This document shows, piece after piece, positions 35,854 to 45,068 of a stretch of DNA of 64,000 bases. A program made the position numbers and the translations under genes. The stretch is taken from contig CAVVMJ010000007.1 of NCBI GenBank assembly GCA_963749445.1, positions 9,971 through 73,970 of the forward strand. The letters run 5' to 3'. The notes below the pieces were generated by a model that was not told the DNA's origin, searched no databases, and saw only the letters and a list, made by a program, of their open reading frames with translations. This DNA comes from an uncultured bacterium. GTDB taxonomy: Bacteria > Patescibacteriota > Doudnabacteria > UBA920. Numbering within the stretch: position 1 is the stretch's first letter; each line of letters opens with the position of its first letter.

Positions 35854-36555
35854 TCACCGCGCATTAAACAGCTTCCCCAATTTTTCCACACTCAATCCGG
35901 AAAAATCCTTTATTACCAAATCCGCCTGCCTTAAATCTTTGGCTTTATTGGTAGTAGTTATGGCCACAATTTTCATTCCTGCCCTTTGCGCCGCCTTTAT
36001 GCCATTTAAGGCATCTTCAAACACCACGCAATTTTGTGGTTTGGCTTTTATCAGCTTTGCGGCTTTTAAGAAAACTTCCGGGTTGGGCTTGCCTTTTTTG
36101 ACCTGGGATGAATCTATAATTTTGTCAAAAAACCTTCCCGTTCCCGTTTTGCCCAAAACGAATTTGATATTTTCCGCTGGCGCGGACGTAGCCATGGCAA
36201 CTTTAATCCGATTTTTCTTCAGGGTCGATAAAAAACCGACCAATCCTTTCACCGGTTTTATAAACTTTTTGTAGCTGTCCCTATAGAATTTTTCCTTTTC
36301 GCCGGCCAGACGGGCAATTTCCCGCGCGGAAACTTTTTCTTTTGCGATAATTTTGACGTCTTCTTCCGCCCGCCTGCCGTTGATTCTGGTTTTAAAAAAT
36401 TTCCAGGTCAGCCTTACCCCAAACTTTGCAGCTATAAACTGCCAGGACTTAAAATGATACTTTGTGTTATTAACCAACACGCCGTCCATGTCAAATATCG
36501 CGGCAAATTCTATTTTTTTATCTTGATGAGTCCCAGTTTCTTTTTTCTTGGCCAT
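35854..36555 (-). CDS. HAD-superfamily hydrolase (beta-phosphoglucomutase-like)
   Basis: Motif I AAIFDMDGVLVNN; later SAPAENI and KGKPNPEVFL...VVFEDALNGIKAA. Confidence 0.8.
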   Translation of the reverse strand: MAKKKETGTHQDKKIEFAAIFDMDGVLVNNTKYHFKSWQFIAAKFGVRLTWKFFKTRINGRRAEEDVKIIAKEKVSAREIARLAGEKEKFYRDSYKKFIKPVKGLVGFLSTLKKNRIKVAMATSAPAENIKFVLGKTGTGRFFDKIIDSSQVKKGKPNPEVFLKAAKLIKAKPQNCVVFEDALNGIKAAQRAGMKIVAITTTNKAKDLRQADLVIKDFSGLSVEKLGKLFNAR

Positions 36556-36755
36556 TTTTTTACTTCCATTTCCCGCCGCAACGCCTTGCTTAATGTCCTA
36601 AACTTTTCCGAATAAACAATTTTCCCGCCGCCGCGGCTCCTGACATATTTGGATCCTTTGCCGCTGTTATGTAACATCAATCGCCGCGCTAAGTCTTTCG
36701 CGCTCCCGCTGTACAGCGTCCCGTCTTTGCATTTAAGGATGTAGAAATAAAACAT
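36510..36755 (-). CDS. GIY-YIG nuclease-family small protein
   Basis: MFYFYILKCKDGTLYSGSAKDLARRLMLHNSGKGSKYVRS...EKFRTLSKALRREMEVKKW. Confidence 0.8.
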   Translation of the reverse strand: MFYFYILKCKDGTLYSGSAKDLARRLMLHNSGKGSKYVRSRGGGKIVYSEKFRTLSKALRREMEVKKWPRKKKLGLIKIKK

Positions 36756-36757
36756 AA

Positions 36758-37093
36758 CTAGCCAATAGACAAGAGCACGATGGATATTACCGCCAACACC
36801 ATTCCAGAAATGCCAACAATGCTCAATTTTTCTTTAAACACCGCAATGCCGATTAAAACCGTGGCAAACAAACTTAATACCGACCAAATGGTGCCCGCTA
36901 TGGAAAGCGAATTTTTTTGCAAAATCGCCGGCAGCCAGGCCAGCGTCCCTAAAATATAGGCTAAAAGGATCAGCAGCGCCAGCGTAAACCTTGGGCCGAG
37001 GGCGAACTTTTTTGAAAAAAATTCGCCGACGGCAAAAAACACAGCCGACAGCACCAGCCAATATAAATAATTTATTGATAACAAAAATTTCAT
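36758..37093 (-). CDS. small four-TM membrane protein (SMR/EamA-like)
   Basis: 111 aa with four hydrophobic helices and a conserved Glu in TM1 (FFAVGEFFSKKF). Confidence 0.55.
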   Translation of the reverse strand: MKFLLSINYLYWLVLSAVFFAVGEFFSKKFALGPRFTLALLILLAYILGTLAWLPAILQKNSLSIAGTIWSVLSLFATVLIGIAVFKEKLSIVGISGMVLAVISIVLLSIG

Positions 37094-37097
37094 ATAT

Positions 37098-37127
37098 TTG
37101 TATTATAACCTCTTTTCCAGGTATAAT
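37098..37127 (+). promoter_or_regulatory. sigma70-like promoter for tRNA-Ser
   Basis: TTGTAT (37098-37103), an 18-nt spacer, then TATAAT (37122-37127). The tRNA starts 12 nt downstream. Confidence 0.45.
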
Positions 37128-37139
37128 AAATAGCGGCTC

Positions 37140-37229
37140 GGAGAGGTGCGAGAGTGGTTGAATCGGGCGGTCCCGAAAACCGCTAGCTCCGCAAGGGGCT
37201 CGTGGGTTCGAATCCCACCCTCTCCGCCA
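37140..37229 (+). tRNA. tRNA-Ser(CGA), type II with long variable arm, CCA encoded
   Basis: Acceptor GGAGAGG/CCTCTCC. Anticodon stem GCGGT/ACCGC with loop CCCGAAA (anticodon CGA; position 33 reads C, not U). Variable arm TAGCTCCGCAAGGGGCT, T arm GTGGGTTCGAATCCCAC, then GCCA. Confidence 0.85.
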
Positions 37230-37341
37230 AGACAATTTCTTATCGGAGCAACCCGATTAATCGAGAGCGAGTTGCGACCCGAGTAGTTAAATTTTGTAAT
37301 TTTTCTATCCATGTGAAAGAAGTCATGGTAGAATTACACAT

Positions 37342-37788
37342 ATGAAAGAAATTACACTTCATGATCAGTGGCTTGTTAAAGCACCTGTTGAAGATGTATT
37401 CAGGATGATGACAGACTTCGAGAAATTTCCGGAGCATTTCCCGAAGGTTGCCGAATCAATACAGGTGAAGAAACGGGAAGGAAATTATGTAGAAATGGAT
37501 GCAATTGTCAGATCGTTCGGCAAAAAATTTCCGGTACAAATGAAAACCCACATTCTCCCGGGGGAAGGCTTTATTTCAGACAATGACAGTTTTAAATTCG
37601 GAACTTCCGGACATGAAGAGATGCTACTTTCCAAATCCCCCGAAGGAACCTTAATTGATTACACCTATCGCGTTTCAATTCATAAGGCATGGCTACGCGT
37701 AGTTGCAACGCCACTTATCCGCTGGTATTCGATGAAGTACTGGGAAAAAGCAGTTATAAGCGAATTAAGGAAGGCGCTTGAGAAATAA
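37342..37788 (+). CDS. SRPBCC (START/polyketide cyclase-like) family protein
   Basis: 148 aa: HDQWLVKAPVEDVFRMMTDFEKFPEHFPKV...; typical SRPBCC N-terminus and length. Confidence 0.65.
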   Translation: MKEITLHDQWLVKAPVEDVFRMMTDFEKFPEHFPKVAESIQVKKREGNYVEMDAIVRSFGKKFPVQMKTHILPGEGFISDNDSFKFGTSGHEEMLLSKSPEGTLIDYTYRVSIHKAWLRVVATPLIRWYSMKYWEKAVISELRKALEK

Positions 37789-37950
37789 CGGTTCCAATTC
37801 TGGAATTTCAAACCATTCTGGCTTATCCCTGTAAATTCTCCTCAATTTCTGTATACTTTTATCAATAACCGCGAAGTTTAGGCGTTTTACCGGTTCAAAG
37901 TTCCGGCAATCGTCTCCGCCAGAAAAAAATCCCGTGTTTCGGAATTTTTT

Positions 37951-38664
37951 TTATATCAGGTGACTGCAAAAAGTTAGACGATGGATATCACTCAACCCGT
38001 GCCTAATAATCATTGTTCGATGAAACAACGTGCCGTAGCCTTTATGCTGGGCGAAGTTATAGATTGGATATTGCTGATGATATTTTTTCATCAAGTCATC
38101 GCGGAAAACTTTGGCCACAATGGACGCGGCGGCAACTGATAAAATTTTGTTGTCGCCGCCGACCACGGCTTCCTGGGCAAGGTTGACGCCGGGGATGGTG
38201 AACTTGCCGTCGATAAACAAAAATAGGCCGCCACCCCGACCGACGAGTGCATCCGAGGAGTGGAGGGGTCTGTTTATCTGTGTCTTTGACAGATTCCTCG
38301 ACTCGTCCGGCTGATGATGTTCCAATGCGGACTCGCTCGGAATGGAAGCTAATAAATTCTCTGCCGCCCTTTTCATCGCCAACAATGTTGCGTGGTGAAT
38401 GTTAACTCCATCAATAATTTTTTCATCCACCACCCCAATTCCCCACCAAGCGTGCTTTTTTATCGTAGACGATAATTCCTCGCGCTTCTTTGGTAATAAC
38501 AGCTTGCTATCCCTTATTCCCCGCTTCATATTCCATGTTTCAGGCTTCAAGATTACTGCCGCCGCTACTACCGGTCCGGCCAAACTTCCCCTGCCCACTT
38601 CATCGCAGCCGATAACGTAAGTATAGCCTTGTCTAAATTTTTGATTTTCGTATTTTGGAGACAT
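37951..38664 (-). CDS. rnhB: ribonuclease HII carrying an in-frame repeat-derived insertion
   Basis: From MSPKYENQKF...VIGCDEVGRGSLAGPVVAAAVIL, then IHHATLLAMKRA, DGKF, and SVAAASIVAKVFRD. The track start 38718 (MILDPGSRLHSAGMD) is read from an upstream repeat. Confidence 0.85.
   Translation of the reverse strand: MSPKYENQKFRQGYTYVIGCDEVGRGSLAGPVVAAAVILKPETWNMKRGIRDSKLLLPKKREELSSTIKKHAWWGIGVVDEKIIDGVNIHHATLLAMKRAAENLLASIPSESALEHHQPDESRNLSKTQINRPLHSSDALVGRGGGLFLFIDGKFTIPGVNLAQEAVVGGDNKILSVAAASIVAKVFRDDLMKKYHQQYPIYNFAQHKGYGTLFHRTMIIRHGLSDIHRLTFCSHLI
38231..38345. repeat. family X palindromic element inserted inside rnhB
   Basis: CCACCCCGACCGACGAGTGCATCCGAGGAGTGGAGGGGTCTG...CAGATTCCTCGACTCGTCCGG...GCGGACTCGCTCGGAATGG. 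It translates in frame as IPSESALEHHQPDESRNLSKTQINRPLHSSDALVGRGGG. Confidence 0.7.
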
Positions 38665-38890
38665 AAAAAATGTGTCCATCCCGGCCGAGTGCAGCCGAGA
38701 GCCGGGATCCAGAATCAAGCTTTATACTGGATCCTGGATATTTTTCACAGCCCTAAAAAATTCCAGGATGACTGCAATAAAGCATCGGCAGCTATCCGCA
38801 TATCCGGATCGGTTTTACATCAAACTCACCACGTGGAAAAAGGTTCCACCGTCTTTTTGGCTTATCTGCAACCCCGTGGCTGATGAAACA

Positions 38891-40091
38891 CTATTGCAAT
38901 TTCGCTGATCCGAATTTTTTTGAATTTAGGTGTTTGAGCACGTTTGATTCAAAAGTAAACGTCACGCTACGTTTTTGCTGATACCTTGCCTCGGCGAAAG
39001 CTATCAATTTTTGCAGCAACTGGCCAAATTCCACTCCGCTGGCTTTCCATAAATGATGATACAGCGTGCCGGGCAAAGGATTAACCTCATTGGCAAAAAA
39101 TTTATTGGATGATTTGTCCAGCAAAAAATCCACGCGCGCGATGCCGCAGCAGCCAAGCGCGCGGTACACCTCTTTGGCTGTATTTTGAATCGCCGATGTT
39201 ACGCCCGCATCCAGCCGCGCCGGAATTATCACCCCGCCCTGCGATTTGCCCAATTGCGCGCCCCCGCCTTTTAAGTATTTTTCCTCAAAATCAAACAAAT
39301 CGGAAGCAAACGTCGATTCCTGCAAAGCTGATGCCGTCAAGTCGTCGTTACCGATAATACAACACGTCACATCCATCACATTTTCCACGCCCTCTTCCAC
39401 CAGAACCTTGTTATCATAATGCAGGGCCACCTCAACCCGGAATTCCAAATCTTTCAAGTCCTGATTTTTGACTTTGGCGATGCCAATGGACGAACCCAAA
39501 TGCACCGGCTTTACAAACAGAGGGTATTTTAATTCACTAATTCTCTTATTCACTAATTCTTTATTTCTCTCCCATTCGTTTTTAGTAAAATAAACAAATT
39601 TTGTGGTCGGGATGCCCGCCTGCCGCATCACGATTTTCGTCAGCGCCTTGTCCATGGAAACGGCGGACGACGGCACATCGCAGCCCACGTAAGGGATGCC
39701 GAACATTTCAAACAAACCCCTGGATGGTGCCGTCTTCGCCGTAAGAGCCGTGCAGCGCGGGAAACGCCAGGTCGATGGTTATTGATTTTCCCATCAGCCC
39801 TTTCTTTCTGAATACCATTTTTCCGATTGATTCTTCAAGATCCAAATAATACCGCGCGTAGGCCGGCTTGCCCTCCGTAGCTTTAGCGAAGGAGGGGTCC
39901 GTAAATAACTTCATATTGCCCAAATCCTCGCCGAGCATCCACTTACCCTGCTTGGTAATGTAAACCGGCGTCACTTGATAGCCCAAACCTTTTAGCCCGG
40001 CGATAATCAGCTGGCCGGTAATAATGGACACGTCATGCTCCGGCGATCCACTTCCAAAAAACACCCCGATATTTTTGTTCAATTTTGTCAT
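38891..40091 (-). CDS. ddl: D-alanine--D-alanine ligase, interrupted by a 1-nt frameshift as sequenced
   Basis: The N-terminal part ends HGSYGEDGTIQGFV*. The C-terminal part starts (L)FEMFGIPYVGCDVPSSAVSMDK. The expected GEDGTIQGLFEMFGIPYVG is restored by removing one T in GGGTTTGTTTG (about 39708-39720). Confidence 0.9.
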
Positions 40092-40109
40092 TTATGTCAA
40101 TTTTGTCAA

Positions 40110-41571
40110 TTATAAATACTGGTCTCCCCAGTCATTCTGGAACACCACCACGTCGCCAGGCTGCACGATGTTTTTTAACGACTCATGCATGTCCAGCGCC
40201 GTGTCAAACCAGACGATTTGTGGTTTGTCTCCACCCTTAGCCCTTAGCCCTATACCCTCTGCAATCCACGGCGTCGCGCTGTCCCTAATCAGTATAACCA
40301 CATCGGCCACCGCTGCCAACTGCCGGCCGATTTGCCGGTGGACTTCGGCCGTAGCGGCGCCGATTTCCACCAGACCGGGCGTAATGTAGATTTTGCGCCG
40401 GCCATTAAAGCGCGACAAAACACTTACGGCCTCGGCCGCGCCGGCCGGGTTACCGTTATAACTGTCGTCAATCACCAAAACCCCGCTGGCCGAAATTATG
40501 GGCTTCAGCCGGTGCTCCACGGCCCGGACCTGCGACAGCCCAACCTTAATGTCCACAACGCTCAACCCCAAATGTTCGCCCACGGCCATCGCCGCCACGG
40601 CCGCGCCAATGCTGTATTCGCCGAGCAAAGCCAAGGAAAACGCGCCGTGATTTTTGACATTAAAACTCCAGGCCAGCTGACTTTGGTCAAATTTTTGGTC
40701 ACTGACAAAATAATCGGTCCGACCGCCTTCGCGGCCGGAATAAAAACGCACTTCCCGGCCACCGGTATAGTCCTTAAAATGGCTCACCACCCGCTCGTCG
40801 TCGCCGTTCATAATCACCAACGCTTCCGGCTTGGCGAATTCCGCGGCTTCAAAAATCGTGGCGATGATGTTACCCAAACTGCCCATGCGCTCCAAATGCG
40901 CTTCGTTAATGCCCGTGATTATGGAAATATCCGGCCGCGCGATGTCGCACAACTCTTTAATGTCGCCGCGGTAATGCTCGCCCAGTTCCAAAATTAATAT
41001 TTTCGTGTCATCGCCGACTTTATTCAAAATAAACCGCGCAATACCCACCGGCGTATTCACGCTCTCCGGTGGGCTAAGAACTGCGTACTGTGTACTGAGC
41101 ACTGATCGCAGCACTTCACTTCACCGTAGTCTTGCCATAGCTGCCGGCTATGCCGATAATCTTTAAATCTTTCAATCTTTCAATCTTCAATCTCGCCTGT
41201 TTGGCCAATTTATTTTTGGCGTAACCGTCCAGCGGCCGAATCAAAATCAGCGCAATGCTGTACCATAAAAAATAAAGCCAAAAACCGGCTATAAAACAAA
41301 CAATCACAAAAATTTGCGCCCCGTCAGTCCCGCCAAAAACCAAAAACGAGGCCGCTGCCGGAAAAATCGCAAACAGCAAATGCAAAGCAACGGCCATAAC
41401 CATCAAAGCTTTGGCCTTGGCCGTCCACACCAGCTCTTTTCGCTGCGGCTGGTGCTTGTCCGGAAAAAATCCCTTAATCTTAAGCAATTTCCAATACCTC
41501 CCCAGCTCATAATTTTCCAGTTGGAGCAGGTAAAGTTGATATTTGATGAATTTTGGGACAAATATGTCCAT
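40110..41571 (-). CDS. murF: MurF-like Mur ligase with N-terminal two-TM domain, interrupted by a 1-nt frameshift as sequenced
   Basis: N-terminal part: TM helices ALMVMAVALHLLFAIFPAAASFLVF and IFVIVCFIAGFWLYFLWYSIALILI, then IIGIAGSYGKTTVK*. The C-terminal part from GTG 41114 reads VLRSVLSTQY...NTPVGIARFIL...DDSYNGNP. Junction GTGAAGTGAAGTG at 41108-41120. Confidence 0.8.
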
Positions 41572-41617
41572 AAGTTACTGAGCATGGGCTAATTCGTGCG
41601 AATAAGCCTATGATGAG

Positions 41618-42398
41618 TCAGGTGATAAATTTTTTCAAAATCTCTGCAAACTCCTCCGGCTGGTCCAAAAAACTAAAATGCCCGGCGTTTTTTAGAATTG
41701 CGAATTGCGAATTGCGAATTAACGAATTCATTTTTTTGCCAAAACTGACAGGGGTGTCCGCGTCGTTTTCACCGCTGATAATTAAGGTTGGACATTTTAT
41801 ATTTTCCATATCGGACGATAAATCTTCGCCTGTGATGTTAACAAACGTTTTTTGCAGTTCCGGCGTAGCCAGGTAATCTTCCGCGTCGATTTTTTGGTAG
41901 ATTTTTTTCCTCAATCCTTGCATAAATGCCGACTTAAAAAACGGTTTTGCGATTTTTGCCGCGGACCGATAAAAATTTTTCTTGGGTGTGTCCATGGCAA
42001 ACCCCGCGCTGTCCACCAAAACCAATTTTCTGACAAGTTCCGGATGCGCAGATGACAATTTTATCCCAACCCTTCCCCCAAACGAATGACCGATAACAAT
42101 TACGTCAGTCAAATCCAATTTTTTTATAAACTCCGCCACCACTTCCGCATAATCCCCCACCGTCATCGGCAACTTCAGGAGCCTGTGATCCGCCAAACCC
42201 GGGTAAATCTATAGCAAACAATTGACGATTGACGATTGACGATTGACTCATCACGTTCGCCCAAACTTCCTTGCTGCTCCGCCATCCGTGCAAAAACAGC
42301 AGAGTCCCCGCGCCCTGGCTTTTATCCTCGCTGTAGCTGATTAACAAATCCTTGATGATTATCTGCTTATCCATATCTATATAATACCATTGCTTCAT
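41618..42398 (-). CDS. alpha/beta-fold hydrolase, interrupted by a frameshift as sequenced
   Basis: The N-terminal part reads LLFLHGWRSSKEVW...FAIDLPGFGGS. The C-terminal part reads ...MTVGDYAEVVAEFIKKLDLTDVIVIGHSFGGRVG (nucleophile elbow GHSFGG) ...AGHFSFLDQP. Shift near 42185-42200. Confidence 0.8.
41695..41720. repeat. tandem heptamer (GAATTGC) x3.7 inside hydrolase CDS
   Basis: gaattgc x3 plus gaatt. Encodes NSQFAIL in the minus-strand gene. Confidence 0.9.
42221..42247. repeat. tandem heptamer (ATTGACG) x3.9 inside hydrolase CDS
   Basis: attgacg x3 plus attgac. Encodes QSSIVNRQ in the minus-strand gene. Confidence 0.9.
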
Positions 42399-42435
42399 CT
42401 AAGATAAAACCCCCAATAACTTGGAGGTTTTATCA

Positions 42436-42509
42436 TGGTCGGGATGCTGGGAATCGAACCCAGTCTCCACGCACCCGAAGCGTGTGTACTACCGGTATAC
42501 TACATCCCG
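42436..42509 (-). tRNA. tRNA-Pro(CGG), CCA encoded
   Basis: Minus-strand read: CGGGATG TA GTAT..GTAC A CACGC TTCGGGT GCGTG GAGA CTGGG TTCGATT CCCAG CATCCCG A CCA. 74 nt. Confidence 0.9.
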
Positions 42510-42632
42510 ATATCTTGTTTATTGTTCCGGACAAAAATAACCCTTATTAGGGTTCAATTATTAGCGGTTTGGTCAAAGCCCGTTAGGGCGCAGACCGCGA
42601 GCGAGTCCCGATATCAATCGGGATGAGTGAAG

Positions 42633-42706
42633 TGGTGGACCTGGGGGGAATCGAACCCCCGACTGAACTATGCCATAGTCCCGTATTACCATTATACTAC
42701 AGGCCC
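42633..42706 (-). tRNA. tRNA-Ala(GGC), CCA encoded
   Basis: Minus-strand read: GGGCCTG TA GTATAATGGTAATAC G GGACT ATGGCAT AGTTC AGTC GGGGG TTCGATT CCCCC CAGGTCC A CCA. Has the G3:U70 identity pair. Confidence 0.9.
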
Positions 42707-42882
42707 TTATGAAAATAACGATGAACAATTAACCATTCACGATTAACCATTTATGTTCGGGTTAATTGTCAATCGTAAATTGTTAATTGTATTTGGGTAT
42801 TTTACTGGTTTTGATTGATTTCGGCAAGAGCCAATCCCCTATTGCGTCACATTGACCTTATATTGCTGGCCGTTGGGCAAAG

Positions 42883-43197
42883 TTACGGTTGTCGCTCCCC
42901 GCCGGCCGGCTGACTGGGGTTGGAAGATTTTTGATCTGTGGGAATTAACTTTTTTGCCGAATCCACGAGGTCGGTAAAATTTTTCACCTGGGCCTCAAAC
43001 GCCGGCAACAAGCCTGTCCTTTGCAAAATCCAACCAAGGATGACAACCACAATTGCCAGCCCGGCAACATACCCCAAAGCGCTGAACACACCGTTAAAAA
43101 ACGACCTCCAAATGCCGGTTTTACCGCTTTTTTTGTTGATTTGATTTAAATTTTCGGTGATAGAATCCAGCTGGATTTTAAGCTCCGGGTCGATCAT
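42883..43197 (-). CDS. small membrane protein (DUF5665-like)
   Basis: 104 aa: GIWRSFFNGVFSALGYVAGLAIVVVILGWIL, a single hydrophobic hairpin after an N-terminal helix. The family call is from memory and tentative. Confidence 0.5.
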   Translation of the reverse strand: MIDPELKIQLDSITENLNQINKKSGKTGIWRSFFNGVFSALGYVAGLAIVVVILGWILQRTGLLPAFEAQVKNFTDLVDSAKKLIPTDQKSSNPSQPAGGERQP

Positions 43198-43326
43198 TCA
43201 CCCGCCTAAATTTTGCCCAAACTGCTTGGGCAAACTTAATTTATAAAAAAATTAAACAAAAGGCTAACTTTTTCAAATCCCCGGCAAAATTTTGGCGGGT
43301 AAATTTATTATATCATAGATAACTTT

Positions 43327-43401
43327 TGGTCTCCTCGGCAGGAATCGAACCTACATCGTCTCGTTAGGAGTGAGATGCTCTATCCATTGAGCTACGAGGA
43401 G
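43327..43401 (-). tRNA. tRNA-Arg(CCU), CCA encoded
   Basis: Minus-strand read: CTCCTCG TA GCTC AATGGATA GAGC A TCTCA CTCCTAA CGAGA CGAT GTAGG TTCGATT CCTGC CGAGGAG A CCA. Has a C1:G72 pair and one A-C mismatch at 31:39. Confidence 0.8.
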
Positions 43402-43435
43402 ATACAAAATTCAAATTGCAAAACTTAAAACAAGC

Positions 43436-43550
43436 TGAAATTGCGAGCCCCGATGCAGAGGGGCGCGGCAATCCCATAAAATTGACGGGATTGCTTCGCC
43501 CGCCTTCGCTGAAGCTTCGGCGGATAAATCGGATGCACTCCTCGCAATTT
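43436..43550. repeat. palindromic element, GAAATTGCGAGG family, inverted orientation with internal insertion
   Basis: GAAATTGCGAGCCCCGATGCAGAGGGGCGCGGCAATCCC...GGGATTGCTTCGCCC...CCTCGCAATTTC. Confidence 0.8.
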
Positions 43551-43724
43551 CTGATGGAAAGAAAGGCTTAAAAGCCCCAAAATTATAACATAGATGGAGA
43601 ATTTGTGCTAAAATGGCCTTATAAAAGCAAAAATGGCACTCCAATGGCCATTATATATATTATAGCATAATTATAAACTATTGTCAATAGATTAAACAAC
43701 AAACCTTTCTTTCTGTCAAATATT

Positions 43725-45068
43725 TTGTTACATATGGAACACTTTTTTAAAAAATCGGTAAATCCTCTTAACATAGCGACAATTTTCCTATTTTTGTTTA
43801 TTTTAAGCTTATTTTTTCCTATAAGATATGTTTTCCCTAGTAATTTTAGCTTAATTACAGGCATTTATTCGGACTTTACCAGCTTTTCTTTATATTTAAG
43901 CGACATTTTCTTAGTATTTACCTTTATTTTTGTTTTAATTGATTCAGCAAAACTTTGGATTTTCCACGTGAAAAAGCTAAAATGGCTCGTTCTTTGGCTA
44001 ATTTTGGCTTTTATCGTTAGTTTTAATGCAAACCACAAGGAAACCATATATTATCTACTTAAATTCCTGGAATTGGTTGTTGCATATGGAACGATTGCCA
44101 CGATCTTATCAAAAAAACCCATAAAAACGGCGCTGTTAACCTTTTTTGTTTGTTTGTCAGCCTTTCAAAGCTTGATAGCACTGTTGCAATTCTATCTCCA
44201 GCACCCAATTGGGTTGTTCAAGCTGGGAGAGCAACAAGTTTACCCCTGGCAACAGGGGATTGCCAAAATCATCCTAAACGGCCAAGCCTATGTCCGGGGT
44301 TACGGGACCTTTTTTCACCCCAACCCCTTGGCCGCTTTTTTGCTGGCCGGAATTTTCTTTAATCTTTATTTGTTTGCGATAGCAAAAAAACGCTTTGCCC
44401 AAATCCTCCTAAGTTTGACACTTTTGATCAATATTTTGGGGATGGCTGTCACATTTTCCCGCGCCGCTTTTTTGGCTTTGGCAGTCGGCCTGGTAATTTA
44501 TTTTGGGTTCCTAATGATGAAAAAAATTGAATTGAAAAAAACTTACCAGTCCCTGGGTTTGGTAATTTTAGGATTGCTGATTGCGCTGTTTTGTTTTAAA
44601 TCTTTTCTTTTGACCCGGGCGACTGTCACCGATTCAGCGTCGCTCGATAGAATTACCTACGACAAAATCGGTTTGCGGATAATTGTCAGCCACCCGCTAT
44701 TCGGCGTCGGGCTAGGGGAGAGCGTGCCGCTGATGAATCAGTATTCCCCGATAAAGCTCCTGCCCTGGGACATCCAGCCCATCCACAACTACTTCCTCCT
44801 CGCCGCCGCGGAACTCGGCATCCCCGGCGCCCTGATTTTAATTTGGATATTTTTGTCTCATTTAATAAAAATCACCAAACACGAGCTGGCTACTAACTAC
44901 TTACTACTAACTACTAGCCTGGTTTGCATCCTAATCCTGATGATGTTTGATCATTATTTTTATACCCTGCAACAAACCCAAATGCTCCTGTGGCTAATTT
45001 TAGGCTTAATTGCGGCGGAAATTTTTCCTAACAAATATGACCAAAGCCCAAAAAGTCAATCTGATTGA
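43725..45068 (+). CDS. O-antigen ligase/polymerase (Wzy_C) family membrane protein
   Basis: Polytopic, with about 11 helices. The loop FSRAAFLAL and motif IQPIHNYFLLAAAELGIPGAL are typical of O-antigen ligase-like proteins. Confidence 0.75.
   Translation: MLHMEHFFKKSVNPLNIATIFLFLFILSLFFPIRYVFPSNFSLITGIYSDFTSFSLYLSDIFLVFTFIFVLIDSAKLWIFHVKKLKWLVLWLILAFIVSFNANHKETIYYLLKFLELVVAYGTIATILSKKPIKTALLTFFVCLSAFQSLIALLQFYLQHPIGLFKLGEQQVYPWQQGIAKIILNGQAYVRGYGTFFHPNPLAAFLLAGIFFNLYLFAIAKKRFAQILLSLTLLINILGMAVTFSRAAFLALAVGLVIYFGFLMMKKIELKKTYQSLGLVILGLLIALFCFKSFLLTRATVTDSASLDRITYDKIGLRIIVSHPLFGVGLGESVPLMNQYSPIKLLPWDIQPIHNYFLLAAAELGIPGALILIWIFLSHLIKITKHELATNYLLLTTSLVCILILMMFDHYFYTLQQTQMLLWLILGLIAAEIFPNKYDQSPKSQSD

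Noticed and set aside
36834-37312. Minus-strand ORFs 36834..37235 and 37103..37312
   Set aside because: They overlap the tRNA-Ser gene and its promoter, or shadow the small membrane protein gene, and have no motif.
41112-41120. UGA recoding (code 25/4) to read through the TGA after the murF P-loop
   Set aside because: The downstream conserved sequence is in a different frame, and the in-frame continuation hits another stop within 15 codons. TGA also serves as an ordinary stop elsewhere, for example at 2786-2788.
42221-42247. The heptamer repeat as the cause of the hydrolase frameshift
   Set aside because: Conserved motifs on both sides of the repeat (HGWRSSKEVW and FAIDLPGFG) are in the same frame. 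The actual shift lies downstream, near 42185-42200.
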